From assembly GCA_944349655.1 (NCBI GenBank), contig CALVNL010000005.1, positions 1-60,446 on the forward strand: 60,446 nucleotides of DNA, read 5' to 3'. The notes beneath the pieces are model-generated. The model did no database searches, was not told the DNA's origin, and worked only from the letters and a program-made list of their open reading frames with translations. This DNA comes from an uncultured Clostridia bacterium. GTDB taxonomy: Bacteria > Bacillota > Clostridia > Christensenellales > DTU072. This document shows, in pieces, positions 10,520-21,761 of the stretch; position 1 is the first letter of the stretch, and each line of letters opens with the position of its first letter. A program made the position numbers and the translations under genes.

Positions 10520-10631
10520 AGTGTTCTACCTCCTTTTTTATAATATAAATCTTATATAATCGAAGTTCCTTATATGCCTCAGGGACTCCTTAACTCAAGC
10601 ATATCAAAACATTGGGCAACTGTCAATGTAT

Positions 10632-10656
10632 AAAAAAAGGCGGTTGTTACCGCCTT
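10632..10656 (-). terminator. intrinsic terminator after the Crp/Fnr gene
   Basis: AAGGCGGT-loop-ACCGCCTT followed by a T-run on the minus strand. Confidence 0.7.
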
Positions 10657-10662
10657 GAACGA

Positions 10663-11361
10663 TTATTCCGCCTCTTCGGCTATTTTTTTGAGTTTTTCCA
10701 GGCTTTTTATATTGATTATTTCCTTGCGGAAGTCGAATATCCCGTCGTTGTCTCTCATTCGCATCATTTCTCTGGACATACTGGGACGGCTGACGTTGAG
10801 ATAACGAGCCATTTCGTTGCGGTTCATTCCTAAATCGACGGTCAGACTTTCCTGAGCGAGATATTTGTCGTAAATGAGTTTAGCTATCTTTTTACGCATA
10901 CCCTTGATGGTGATGTAACCGTTGTTGTTTTCCAGTTCGGCTATTCTCACGCTCAACTCCCGCAATACGTTGCCTACCAGTTTGACGTGGTGCGGACATA
11001 CCTTGTTGCAAAGTGCGTTCACGCTGTCTGCGGCAATGTACAGCACCGAACTGTCCAACGCCGCCACCACCGAATAGCCCAGAATATTGGGCGGATTAAA
11101 GGCTTGCGACAACCCGAAATACTCTCCGTCCACCAGCGAACGTATAACTTCCCTCTTGCCGTTGTTGCGTGTGGCAAATTCCACCAGGTTCCCTTCCAGA
11201 AGTACGCATATTTCTTTGATTTCCGTATTGTCTTTGGCTACCAGCTGTCCCCGAGAATACTTCACGATGCGGGCTTTCAGACAGTCGAACATTTTATTGA
11301 CTTCGGCGTCGGAAAAGCCCTCGAACAGAGGACACTTCTTGATTTGTTTTATCAGTTTCAT
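10663..11361 (-). CDS. Crp/Fnr-family transcriptional regulator
   Basis: cNMP-binding-like domain (LLEGN...GEYFG) and C-terminal HTH (NRNEMARYLNVSRPSMSRE). Confidence 0.9.
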   Translation of the reverse strand: MKLIKQIKKCPLFEGFSDAEVNKMFDCLKARIVKYSRGQLVAKDNTEIKEICVLLEGNLVEFATRNNGKREVIRSLVDGEYFGLSQAFNPPNILGYSVVAALDSSVLYIAADSVNALCNKVCPHHVKLVGNVLRELSVRIAELENNNGYITIKGMRKKIAKLIYDKYLAQESLTVDLGMNRNEMARYLNVSRPSMSREMMRMRDNDGIFDFRKEIINIKSLEKLKKIAEEAE

Positions 11362-11507
11362 TCCGTTTCTTCCTTTTTGTAGCGACGGCTACGGAATTAT
11401 TTTAGCTTACAGTGGAACTTTTGTCAAGGGATACTGTTTGTAAAAGCAAAACGTTGTATTTTTCCCTCGAAAATGTTATAATCTCTTTATATACCGAGGA
11501 GGACTAT

Positions 11508-12191
11508 ATGAAAGCTACGGAACTTTTCATCAACGGAATAAAAAATCTCCTTTCCAGCAATTTTCTCACGGCGGGAAAAGATATTACCGAATTTCTGATG
11601 TTGCTGTCTTCCGACGAAGAACTGAAATCCGTCCTCCGCGCCGCCCACGAAAACTGCCGTTTCGAAACGGAATTCGAAAGAGTTTTCGTCAGGAAAAATC
11701 CTCTTCCGAAACAGAACGGAAAAGTAGTTTCTTTAATTACCAATCTTCTTTACCGCATAGACACGGGATTTGTCCCGCTGGCGGAACTATTGAATTACAT
11801 ATATCCTTCCCTCGATAAAGGCGACGCCTACAAATCTTTCCTTTCAGATTACGTGATGCCCTATGCGGAGTGTTTCGTCAATCTCCTTGTAGGGGAACCT
11901 ATCGAGGAAGTCAAGGAACCTAATACCTCGTTTTTCGACAAAATGAACGAGGACGTCAAGGCACTTTGCGAACGGTTCTGCAATGATTTGAAATCCACTT
12001 CCGTTCCTGCCGACAAAGTCGTGGAACTTACAGAGCGGACTAACGGAATGGTCTATTCCCTTTCTTTCAAGGACTCGCTTCTTGCCAAAAACGCCTTCTG
12101 CGGACTTTCCAATACTCTCCGTCTGTTCGGAATAAAGAGCGAGTTCGAAAAGGAACTACGCCAAGTGCTTACGCTTTACGGAGTGTTGTAA
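11508..12191 (+). CDS. hypothetical helical protein
   Basis: ATG at 11508 after GAGGAGG with TATAAT upstream; 3-bp gap to the next gene; no motif recognised. Confidence 0.7.
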   Translation: MKATELFINGIKNLLSSNFLTAGKDITEFLMLLSSDEELKSVLRAAHENCRFETEFERVFVRKNPLPKQNGKVVSLITNLLYRIDTGFVPLAELLNYIYPSLDKGDAYKSFLSDYVMPYAECFVNLLVGEPIEEVKEPNTSFFDKMNEDVKALCERFCNDLKSTSVPADKVVELTERTNGMVYSLSFKDSLLAKNAFCGLSNTLRLFGIKSEFEKELRQVLTLYGVL

Positions 12192-12194
12192 TCT

Positions 12195-13115
12195 ATGCAA
12201 TTTTCCACTACTTCGGTAAACGTTCTTATTTTACTCCTCTACGCCATACCGGGTTATATTCTCGTTAAATCCAAAGCAATAAAAAGCGAAAGCATCGCGT
12301 CTTTTGCCAAAGTGCTTTTATATATCTGTCAACCCTGTCTGTCGGTATATTCCTTTCAAAAAGTAGTTTACTCTGCCGAACTCATCAAAAATATGGGCAT
12401 ATTTGTGGGACTCAATCTCGGTCTTATGCTTTTTATTTTGCTGGTAGTTTACCTTGCTTTCCGCAAAAAATACGAAGACAACCGCTACAGAGTCTGCACC
12501 GTGGCGACCGCCCTCGGTAACGTAGGCTTCCTCGGCGTACCTCTTCTGGAAGCGTTGCTCCCAGAATATCCCGAGACCATAGCTTACAGCGCGGTATTTA
12601 TCGTTACCATGAATATTTTAAGCTGGACCGTGGCAAGTTTTATTCTGACGGGAGACCGTCGTCACGTAAGCGTTAAAAAAGTTTTTATCAATCCTCAGGT
12701 TTTGTCCTTGATAGTATCGTTACCGCTGTTCTTTACGAAAACCGCTTTACCGACGGTTTTATTCAACGCGGTGGAACTCCTCGGCAAGATGACCACTCCT
12801 TTGTGTATGCTTATAGCCGGTATGCGGTTTGCCACCGCCGACCCGAAAGCCCTGTTTACCGACTGGCGGATCTACTTTACCGCCGCAGTAAAACTCGTCT
12901 GTATGCCTCTTATAGGATTTCTTCTCACCAACTGGCTTCCCATAGATTATCCTATTAAGGCAGCAATGGTGATATTGTGTTGCTGTCCTACCGCAAGCGT
13001 GGTCCTCAATCTTTCGGAAATATACGGTAAAGGTCAGGAAATCGCCGCCAACATCGTACTTACAAGTACCCTTTTCTCTATGGCTACCATCCCTCTCGTA
13101 CTATTGATACTTTGA
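12195..13115 (+). CDS. AEC (auxin efflux carrier) family transporter
   Basis: About 10 hydrophobic segments; GNVGFLGVP, NPQVLS and CPTASVV motifs. Confidence 0.88.
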   Translation: MQFSTTSVNVLILLLYAIPGYILVKSKAIKSESIASFAKVLLYICQPCLSVYSFQKVVYSAELIKNMGIFVGLNLGLMLFILLVVYLAFRKKYEDNRYRVCTVATALGNVGFLGVPLLEALLPEYPETIAYSAVFIVTMNILSWTVASFILTGDRRHVSVKKVFINPQVLSLIVSLPLFFTKTALPTVLFNAVELLGKMTTPLCMLIAGMRFATADPKALFTDWRIYFTAAVKLVCMPLIGFLLTNWLPIDYPIKAAMVILCCCPTASVVLNLSEIYGKGQEIAANIVLTSTLFSMATIPLVLLIL

Positions 13116-13126
13116 TTTTTTTGCAT

Positions 13127-13158
13127 AAAAAAAGCGGTTAATAGATAACCGCTTTTTT
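13127..13158. terminator. bidirectional intrinsic terminator
   Basis: AAAAAAAGCGGTTA-atag-ATAACCGCTTTTTT between convergent genes. Confidence 0.85.
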
Positions 13159-13172
13159 CTTAATAATGATTT

Positions 13173-13382
13173 TTACTCGGCTTTTGCCGCTTCGTTCAAG
13201 GCGTTCAGCATTACGTCGGGATCGATACCGTGTACCGCCGCGGCTTCGGCTATAGTTTCGCCGTGGCTCAGCGCACACCCTAAACAATGCATTCCGAAAC
13301 TGCTCAAAACCTCTGCCATAGCTTCTATATTGACGCCTTCCGTCTGGAACGCTTCTATCAAAAGCATATCTTTATTGAACAT
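13173..13382 (-). CDS. DUF1858 / hybrid-cluster-associated redox disulfide domain protein
   Basis: FGMHCLGC...ETIAEAAAVHGID signature; GGAGG RBS; TTGAAA-17-TATACT promoter at 13441-13413. Confidence 0.88.
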   Translation of the reverse strand: MFNKDMLLIEAFQTEGVNIEAMAEVLSSFGMHCLGCALSHGETIAEAAAVHGIDPDVMLNALNEAAKAE

Positions 13383-13459
13383 ATATACTTACCTCCGTGT
13401 GGTTTTTTCTATAGTATATACCTTATAAAGGTTATTTTCAAGGCTTTGAGCGGATTTTT

Positions 13460-14191
13460 TTATTTATCTCCCAAAGTAAGGTAAGTGTAAGGATTTGCTA
13501 TTTTTCCGTCTTCGTAAAGACTGAAGTGTACGTGTGCTCCGTCCAGATATTCGTTAGCGGCGGTCACGCCCATAGTCCCCAGAACGTCCCCTTTAGCTAC
13601 GGTCTGTCCTACCGCCACGGTGGGTTCGTTGAGCGAAGAATAGCTCGTTACCAGACTGTCGTTATGCTGCACTTTCACGGTATAACCGTTCAGAATGTCG
13701 TATTTTACTTCGATAACGGTACCGTCGTAAACGCTCATCACGTTGTCGCCGTCGTTTCCTCCGAAATCGATACCGTTATGCACCGCGTAATGTTTCAGGG
13801 TCTGATTCCAGACGAGACTGTCCATACTGTAATCCTTGATTACGTTAACGTTGGCTACGGGAGCGGCGAATACCACGGGAACGACTATCGGTTCGTCGGG
13901 ATTATCCACGGGCGGAGTATTGTCGTCGCCGTCGCCTGGATTATCCACGGGCGGAGTATTGTCGTCGCCGTCACCGGGATTATCCACGGGCGGAGTGTCG
14001 TCGGGATCGTTGACGTTGTCGCCGGGACCGGCGTCGATACCGGGATCGAGATCGTTGTTGTTTTGCGAGGTCACTATCGCGACCGTTACCATTGCGGCGA
14101 TGGCAAGCAGACATATCGCCATAATGATGTAATAAATGTTCTTCTTAAGAAAAACTTTGAATTTGCCGTTTGTGGCACGTTTCTTTTCCAT
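13460..14191 (-). CDS. spoIIQ: SpoIIQ-like membrane-anchored M23 peptidase
   Basis: N-terminal TM (YYIIMAICLLAI), acidic linker, M23 motifs HNGID and HVHF; sigF/G-like promoter upstream. Confidence 0.75.
   Translation of the reverse strand: MEKKRATNGKFKVFLKKNIYYIIMAICLLAIAAMVTVAIVTSQNNNDLDPGIDAGPGDNVNDPDDTPPVDNPGDGDDNTPPVDNPGDGDDNTPPVDNPDEPIVVPVVFAAPVANVNVIKDYSMDSLVWNQTLKHYAVHNGIDFGGNDGDNVMSVYDGTVIEVKYDILNGYTVKVQHNDSLVTSYSSLNEPTVAVGQTVAKGDVLGTMGVTAANEYLDGAHVHFSLYEDGKIANPYTYLTLGDK
13898..14005. repeat. 39-bp coding tandem repeat (about 2.7 copies) encoding DDNTPPVDNPGDG
   Basis: GGATTATCCACGGGCGGAGT recurs three times at 39-bp spacing inside the spoIIQ-like linker. Confidence 0.9.
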
Positions 14192-14240
14192 TTTTTACCT
14201 CCAATGGACTTCTTTTTTTGCGTCCCTACGATTATGGACA

Positions 14241-14269
14241 GGAAAAAAAACTTTATACCTCACAAATAA
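14241..14269 (-). promoter_or_regulatory. putative sigma-F/sigma-G promoter of the spoIIQ-like gene
   Basis: Minus strand GGTATA-aagttttttttcct-GTCCATAAT resembles forespore sigma consensus. Confidence 0.45.
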
Positions 14270-14305
14270 AAATTTTTTGTTTGCTCCTCGGTCGTTTCAT
14301 ATTTT

Positions 14306-14334
14306 ACATATCCGACTTTATTTTTTCATATAAT
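14306..14334 (+). promoter_or_regulatory. putative sigma-E promoter of ylbJ
   Basis: ACATAT...CATATAAT fits the ATA-N16-18-CATAcanT pattern. Confidence 0.45.
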
Positions 14335-14339
14335 TTTCT

Positions 14340-15317
14340 GTGAAAAAAATTCGTTTGCGTATATCGGGCCGATATTTGCTCATCTTCGCCGTACTTTTGC
14401 TTACCGTCCCCGTGGTTATCTTTCCCGACAGGTACGTTTCCTCTGTCTGGAACGGGTTCAAACTCTTCGCTTTAAGCGTTTTACCGGCGCTTTTCCCTTT
14501 CTTTTTTTTCACAAAAATTCTTTCGGGACTGAATTTCGGTTACGACCTCGGTCTGGTTCTGAAAAAACCTCTCGGGAAAATTTTCCGCGCGCCTGCCTCG
14601 TCGGGTTATATCCTCGTAATGAGCATGCTTTGCGGTTATCCCGTGGGAGCTAAACTCGTAGCCGATTTCTGCGAAAAAGGTTATATCTCCGCCCGTGAAG
14701 GAAAAGCCGTTTCCGCTTTCACCTCCACGTCGGGTCCTCTTTTCATCGTCGGGACGGTAGGCGTGGGAATGTTGGGCAACAAAACCGCAGGTTTTATAAT
14801 ATTGATAAGCCATTATTTATCCGCTCTTCTGAACGGAATAATATTCCGTCCGAAGGAAACTTCCTCGGTAACTCTGCCCGCGCGTCCTCTTACCGATTAT
14901 AACTCTCTCCTTTCCGAAGGAATCTATTCGGCTCTTTCCTCGGTTGCGGTAGTGGGCGGATACGTCGCTATTTTCAATCTCGTTCTCGACCTTTTTGCCG
15001 ATATAGGAATAATATCTTTACTATCCGCGCCTTTACAGTGGTTGGGATTGGGGAAAACGGCGGCGCAAGGCACTGCGTCGAGTCTTGTGGAAATAACGAA
15101 AGGCTGCCTTTTGCTTAGCGAATCGGGGTATCCGCTCTCGATAACCGCACCTCTTTGCGCTTTCGGAATAACTTTCGGCGGACTGAGCGTAACGTTACAA
15201 AGTCTCACCTTTCTCGGAAAAAGTAAAATTTCGCCCTTATATTACCTCCTCACCAAATCGGTCCAGGGCGTTACCGCTTTCATCTTCTGCAAAGCGCTTT
15301 GCCTTTTGCTCCTGTAA
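14340..15317 (+). CDS. ylbJ: sporulation integral membrane protein YlbJ
   Basis: VLPALFPFFF, GYPVGAKL, SGPLFIVGTVG, EITKG and FGGLSV motifs; lies beside the rsmD/coaD locus as in other Bacillota. Confidence 0.85.
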   Translation: MKKIRLRISGRYLLIFAVLLLTVPVVIFPDRYVSSVWNGFKLFALSVLPALFPFFFFTKILSGLNFGYDLGLVLKKPLGKIFRAPASSGYILVMSMLCGYPVGAKLVADFCEKGYISAREGKAVSAFTSTSGPLFIVGTVGVGMLGNKTAGFIILISHYLSALLNGIIFRPKETSSVTLPARPLTDYNSLLSEGIYSALSSVAVVGGYVAIFNLVLDLFADIGIISLLSAPLQWLGLGKTAAQGTASSLVEITKGCLLLSESGYPLSITAPLCAFGITFGGLSVTLQSLTFLGKSKISPLYYLLTKSVQGVTAFIFCKALCLLLL

Positions 15318-15376
15318 ATAAAAAAACCGCCCCCTTAGGGAGCGGAAAACCGATTTGTTTATATAAATATATTATC

Positions 15377-15793
15377 TCAGGCGTCCAGTCTGTCCATCAG
15401 GCTTTTTATCGTGCCTTTCGCACCTTCCAAGGAAGCGTTTACGTCGGAAAGCATTTTCAGAAGATTGTTTTTAAGCTGTTCTTCTACCTCTTTTTTCCGC
15501 TGTAACGCCACGTCCACGGTATGCTCGGCTATGACTTTTGCTTCGGATATGATGATGTTTTCGTTCAAAATATTGGCTTTGCGCTGTTCGGCTTCGGCAA
15601 GTATCTGCTTAGCCTGCGCTTCGGCTTCGGCGAGTATTTTTTGTCCGTTGATTGCGGCAAGCTGTTGCCTTATCCTTTTTACCAGTAAAAGTATGGCTTC
15701 GCCGTTTACCACCACGCCGCCGCCCATAAAAGCCTTCTTGCCGCCTTCCACTTCGGTTTCGATATAGCTTAAAAGTAAACTTATGTCTTCCAT
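15377..15793 (-). CDS. conserved coiled-coil protein of the kind usually found downstream of coaD in Clostridia
   Basis: Repeated ILAEAE/AKQILAEAE coiled-coil pattern; overlaps the end of coaD; AGGAGG RBS. Confidence 0.7.
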   Translation of the reverse strand: MEDISLLLSYIETEVEGGKKAFMGGGVVVNGEAILLLVKRIRQQLAAINGQKILAEAEAQAKQILAEAEQRKANILNENIIISEAKVIAEHTVDVALQRKKEVEEQLKNNLLKMLSDVNASLEGAKGTIKSLMDRLDA

Positions 15794-16800
15794 TTTTCCT
15801 CCTTGGCAAGCATCGGAAGAAGTTCTTCGGCTACAAAATCGCCCACTTCTTCCCCCTTGAATAATTTTTCCTTCACGGCGGTACTGCTTATTTCGGGTCG
15901 GACTGCGGGAATAAACAACGTTTCCGTGCCGCCTCTGCGGAAATTGTAATCCGCCATTTCCCGTTCGTATGCAAGGTCTTTTTCGTTCCTTACACCTCTT
16001 ATTATATACTTAATTCCGTGTTCCTTGCAATAGTCGGCGGCATATCCGTCGTAAAAGACGATTTTTACCCGTTTTTTATACCTTTTAAGTACGGTTTGTA
16101 TCATCTTGAGGCGTTTTTCCACGGGAAAAGCGGTTGTTTTTGCCTCGTTGACGAGAACCAGAACATAAAGCGAACCGAATTGCTTTAACGCTTCCTCCGC
16201 AAGAAACAAATGTCCGTTGGTAAAGGGATCGAACGTTCCCGTAAGAGCGCATTTGGTACAATTTCGGAAAAAATCCAACGAAACGTTCCCGTAACGCTTG
16301 GTTTGTTCGGGAAAAAATACGTCCTCGGCAATTTCCCCGTCGTAAGAATGTCTTTCCACGGTAATAAGACCGCCCTCCGCCATAATTTCGCATTTTGCCG
16401 CAGCGGAAAGAATTTTACCGCCCTCTCTGTCGGCAAAAGGAGGATCGCAAAACATCAAATCGGCTTTTATTCCGCGAGAGGAAAGACGAAGGAGAATATC
16501 TGCGTAATCCCCTTTCAGAATTTCGTAACTTCCTTTTTCCACGAAAGTTAAATTGGATTGCAACAAAGCAATGCTCCTTGCGTCTTTATCGCAAAAGTAA
16601 ACTTTTTTTGCTCCGCGGCTCAATGCCTCTATCCCGAGTGCGCCCGTCCCGGCAAACAAATCTATAACTACGGCGTCGGAAACTTCGTTCTGCAAAACGT
16701 CGAAAAGAGCTTCCTTTATCTTGTCGCTCGTCGGTCTGACGGAATTGTCTTTGGGCGGATTGATTTTACGTCCGCGATATTTCCCTGCTATAACTCTCAT
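15781..16800 (-). CDS. rsmD-coaD: fusion of 16S rRNA m2G966 methyltransferase RsmD and phosphopantetheine adenylyltransferase CoaD
   Basis: N-half has MRVIAGKYRGR, RPTSDKIKEALF, DLFAGTGALGIEALSRGA and DPPF. C-half has GTFDPFTNGH, IRGVR...YE and ISSTAVKE. One continuous frame. Confidence 0.9.
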   Translation of the reverse strand: MRVIAGKYRGRKINPPKDNSVRPTSDKIKEALFDVLQNEVSDAVVIDLFAGTGALGIEALSRGAKKVYFCDKDARSIALLQSNLTFVEKGSYEILKGDYADILLRLSSRGIKADLMFCDPPFADREGGKILSAAAKCEIMAEGGLITVERHSYDGEIAEDVFFPEQTKRYGNVSLDFFRNCTKCALTGTFDPFTNGHLFLAEEALKQFGSLYVLVLVNEAKTTAFPVEKRLKMIQTVLKRYKKRVKIVFYDGYAADYCKEHGIKYIIRGVRNEKDLAYEREMADYNFRRGGTETLFIPAVRPEISSTAVKEKLFKGEEVGDFVAEELLPMLAKEEKWKT

Positions 16801-16809
16801 CGGCTTTTT

Positions 16810-19032
16810 CTATGCGTCGGCGCGATTGGCGTTGATAAGGCACCCTGCTTTAATTATTCTTTTTTCCTCCGCAGTCAAAGAGTCCATAGTTAAAACTATC
16901 GGATAAACTTCTTCTCCGCGGACGACTTCGGCTTCTATCCTGCCTTCGTCGAGGACTTTTGCAACGTCCTTTACCACAATGATATCTCCCGTCCGAAGCG
17001 GAAGGGAATTGTCGTAAAGGAAGGGCAGCATTCCCCAGTTTATGAGGTTACTGCGGTAACGCTTGGTAGCGTACTCCGCCGCAAGATTGGCTACGCCGCC
17101 CAGAACTCTCTGGCAGCTCGCCGCCTGTTCCCTCGCGCTCCCGTCGCCGGGTTTCACCGCATAAATAACGCTCCCTATCTCTATATCGCTGATTACTCCG
17201 CACTTTTCGCACGCCAAAGCGTAGTCGGCGGGCATTTCGCCCTTTGCGGTAAGGGAGGCTTCCTCGGCTATAGCCTTGGCTTTTGCCACATAGTCGGGTC
17301 TTTTCCTGCTTAAAGTGAATTCCGCAAGACGAAGGGGATTGCTTCTGTAAGAACTGGTCTCTCCGCTGGGGATAAGTTCGTCGGTAGTGGTGACGGGGTC
17401 GTCGATGACCGCCGCAACTTTCATTAAAAGATTGGTTTTGAGCGGACTCATTTCCGGCCAGTCGGCGATGTTGGGACCGTAACAAAGCGGCGCGTTCTCG
17501 TCGGCTTTCCCGAAGCAATCCAACACTCTGTTACGGTAAATCGTATCGTCGAAAGTGAAGGGTTTTTTGCGGAAAACGTAATCCGCGTCGGTAGCGGGAG
17601 TGAGGTATCCGCCGTTTGCCGCTGTGGCGGCTATGCTCCTTGCGTCCATCAACGCTACGCAGGCAAGCTGTCCTTCGCCGGGTTTGCTTCCCTCTCTGGA
17701 CTCGAAATTACGGGTGGTGTGCCTTATGCTCAGTCCGTTGTTGGAGGGTACGTCCCCTGCCCCGAAACACGGTCCGCAGAACGCCGTCTTAATGGTAACT
17801 CCGCTGTCGGCAAGAGTAGCTAAATATCCTTTCTTCATAAGGTCGATATATATAGGTTGACTTCCGGGATAAACGCTTACAGATAGTTCGTTCCCGACGC
17901 TTTTGCCTTTCAGTATCTCGGCAGCTTCCGCTATGTTGTCGTAGGTTCCGCCGGCGCACCCGGCTATAACCGCCTGATCCACTTTTATCTTGCCGTCCAC
18001 TATCTTGTCGGTAAGAGAAAAATGCCCTTTTTTGATAAGTTTATTCCCTTCCTTTTCGCATTCGGCAAGGATTTCGTAGGGATTTGCCAAAAGTTCCCTT
18101 ATGGTGTAGGCGTTGCTCGGGTGGAAAGGCAGCGCTATCATAGGCTCGATTTTCGAAAGGTCCACTTCCACCAGTCCGTCGTAGCAACACACGTCGTCCT
18201 GTTTAAGCTCCTTATAGACGTCGGGACGTTTATGCACGGTAAAGTATTCCTTAACTACGTCGTCGGTTACCCAAATAGACGATAAGCAAGTGGTTTCGGT
18301 AGTCATTACGTCGATGCCGTTACGGTATTCTATCGGCAGATTCTTAACGCCGGGACCGAAAAATTCCATCACCTTGTTTTTGACGAAACCGCATTTGAAG
18401 GTAGCTTTTATGAGAGCGAGAGCCACGTCCTGCGGTCCTACGCCTTTTTTGGGTTTGCCCTTAAGGAGTACGCCGATAACGTCGGGATATTTGATGTCGT
18501 AAGTACGGTTAAGGAGCTGTTTTACCAGTTCCCCTCCGCCTTCGCCTATAGCCATCGTGCCGAGAGCGCCGTATCGGGTATGGGAATCGCTGCCCAGTAT
18601 CATTTTGCCGCAACCGGACATTCTTTCGCGCATATAGCTGTGAATGACTCCCTGATGGGCGGGAACGTATATGCCGCCGTATTTCTTTACCGCAGAATAA
18701 CCGAATTTATGGTCGTCTTCGTTTATCGTCCCTCCCACCGCGCAAAGACTGTTGTGACAGTTGGTCAGAACGTACGGAATGGGAAATTTCTTCAGTCCGC
18801 TGGCTTTCGCCGTCTGAATTATTCCGACGTAAGTTATGTCGTGCGACGCCATACAATCGAATTTGATTTTAACCTGACCGCCCTTTTCGGTCACGCCGGT
18901 AGTGTTGTGGGCGGCGATGACAGAATAAGCTATGGTTCCTTTGTAAGCGTTCGATCTTTCGTTTTCGTCGATGGGACGGGTCCTCTTGCCGTTGCGGAAA
19001 TATACGGGTCCTGCGGTAAGTTTAATGGGCAT
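16810..19032 (-). CDS. aconitase-family hydratase (YbhJ-like)
   Basis: [26 protein letters not shown], cluster cysteines in GCAGG and CGPCFG, TTDELIP and GSAREQAA. Confidence 0.88.
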   Translation of the reverse strand: MPIKLTAGPVYFRNGKRTRPIDENERSNAYKGTIAYSVIAAHNTTGVTEKGGQVKIKFDCMASHDITYVGIIQTAKASGLKKFPIPYVLTNCHNSLCAVGGTINEDDHKFGYSAVKKYGGIYVPAHQGVIHSYMRERMSGCGKMILGSDSHTRYGALGTMAIGEGGGELVKQLLNRTYDIKYPDVIGVLLKGKPKKGVGPQDVALALIKATFKCGFVKNKVMEFFGPGVKNLPIEYRNGIDVMTTETTCLSSIWVTDDVVKEYFTVHKRPDVYKELKQDDVCCYDGLVEVDLSKIEPMIALPFHPSNAYTIRELLANPYEILAECEKEGNKLIKKGHFSLTDKIVDGKIKVDQAVIAGCAGGTYDNIAEAAEILKGKSVGNELSVSVYPGSQPIYIDLMKKGYLATLADSGVTIKTAFCGPCFGAGDVPSNNGLSIRHTTRNFESREGSKPGEGQLACVALMDARSIAATAANGGYLTPATDADYVFRKKPFTFDDTIYRNRVLDCFGKADENAPLCYGPNIADWPEMSPLKTNLLMKVAAVIDDPVTTTDELIPSGETSSYRSNPLRLAEFTLSRKRPDYVAKAKAIAEEASLTAKGEMPADYALACEKCGVISDIEIGSVIYAVKPGDGSAREQAASCQRVLGGVANLAAEYATKRYRSNLINWGMLPFLYDNSLPLRTGDIIVVKDVAKVLDEGRIEAEVVRGEEVYPIVLTMDSLTAEEKRIIKAGCLINANRADA

Positions 19033-19066
19033 AAATTACTCCTTATAATATAAATTTTCTTATCGT

Positions 19067-21747
<2,681 letters not shown>

Positions 21748-21761
<14 letters not shown>

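Noticed and set aside
10520-10592. possible riboswitch in the lipoprotein-cysK leader
   Set aside because: Only about 70 nt with one weak hairpin; no S-box or T-box motifs and no terminator.
13898-14005. direct repeats as a possible CRISPR array
   Set aside because: Units are contiguous, in-frame and lack unique spacers; no cas genes nearby.
15377-15793. extra ATPase stator subunit (b/G-like coiled coil)
   Set aside because: The resemblance is generic coiled-coil composition; its position after coaD matches a common clostridial conserved gene.
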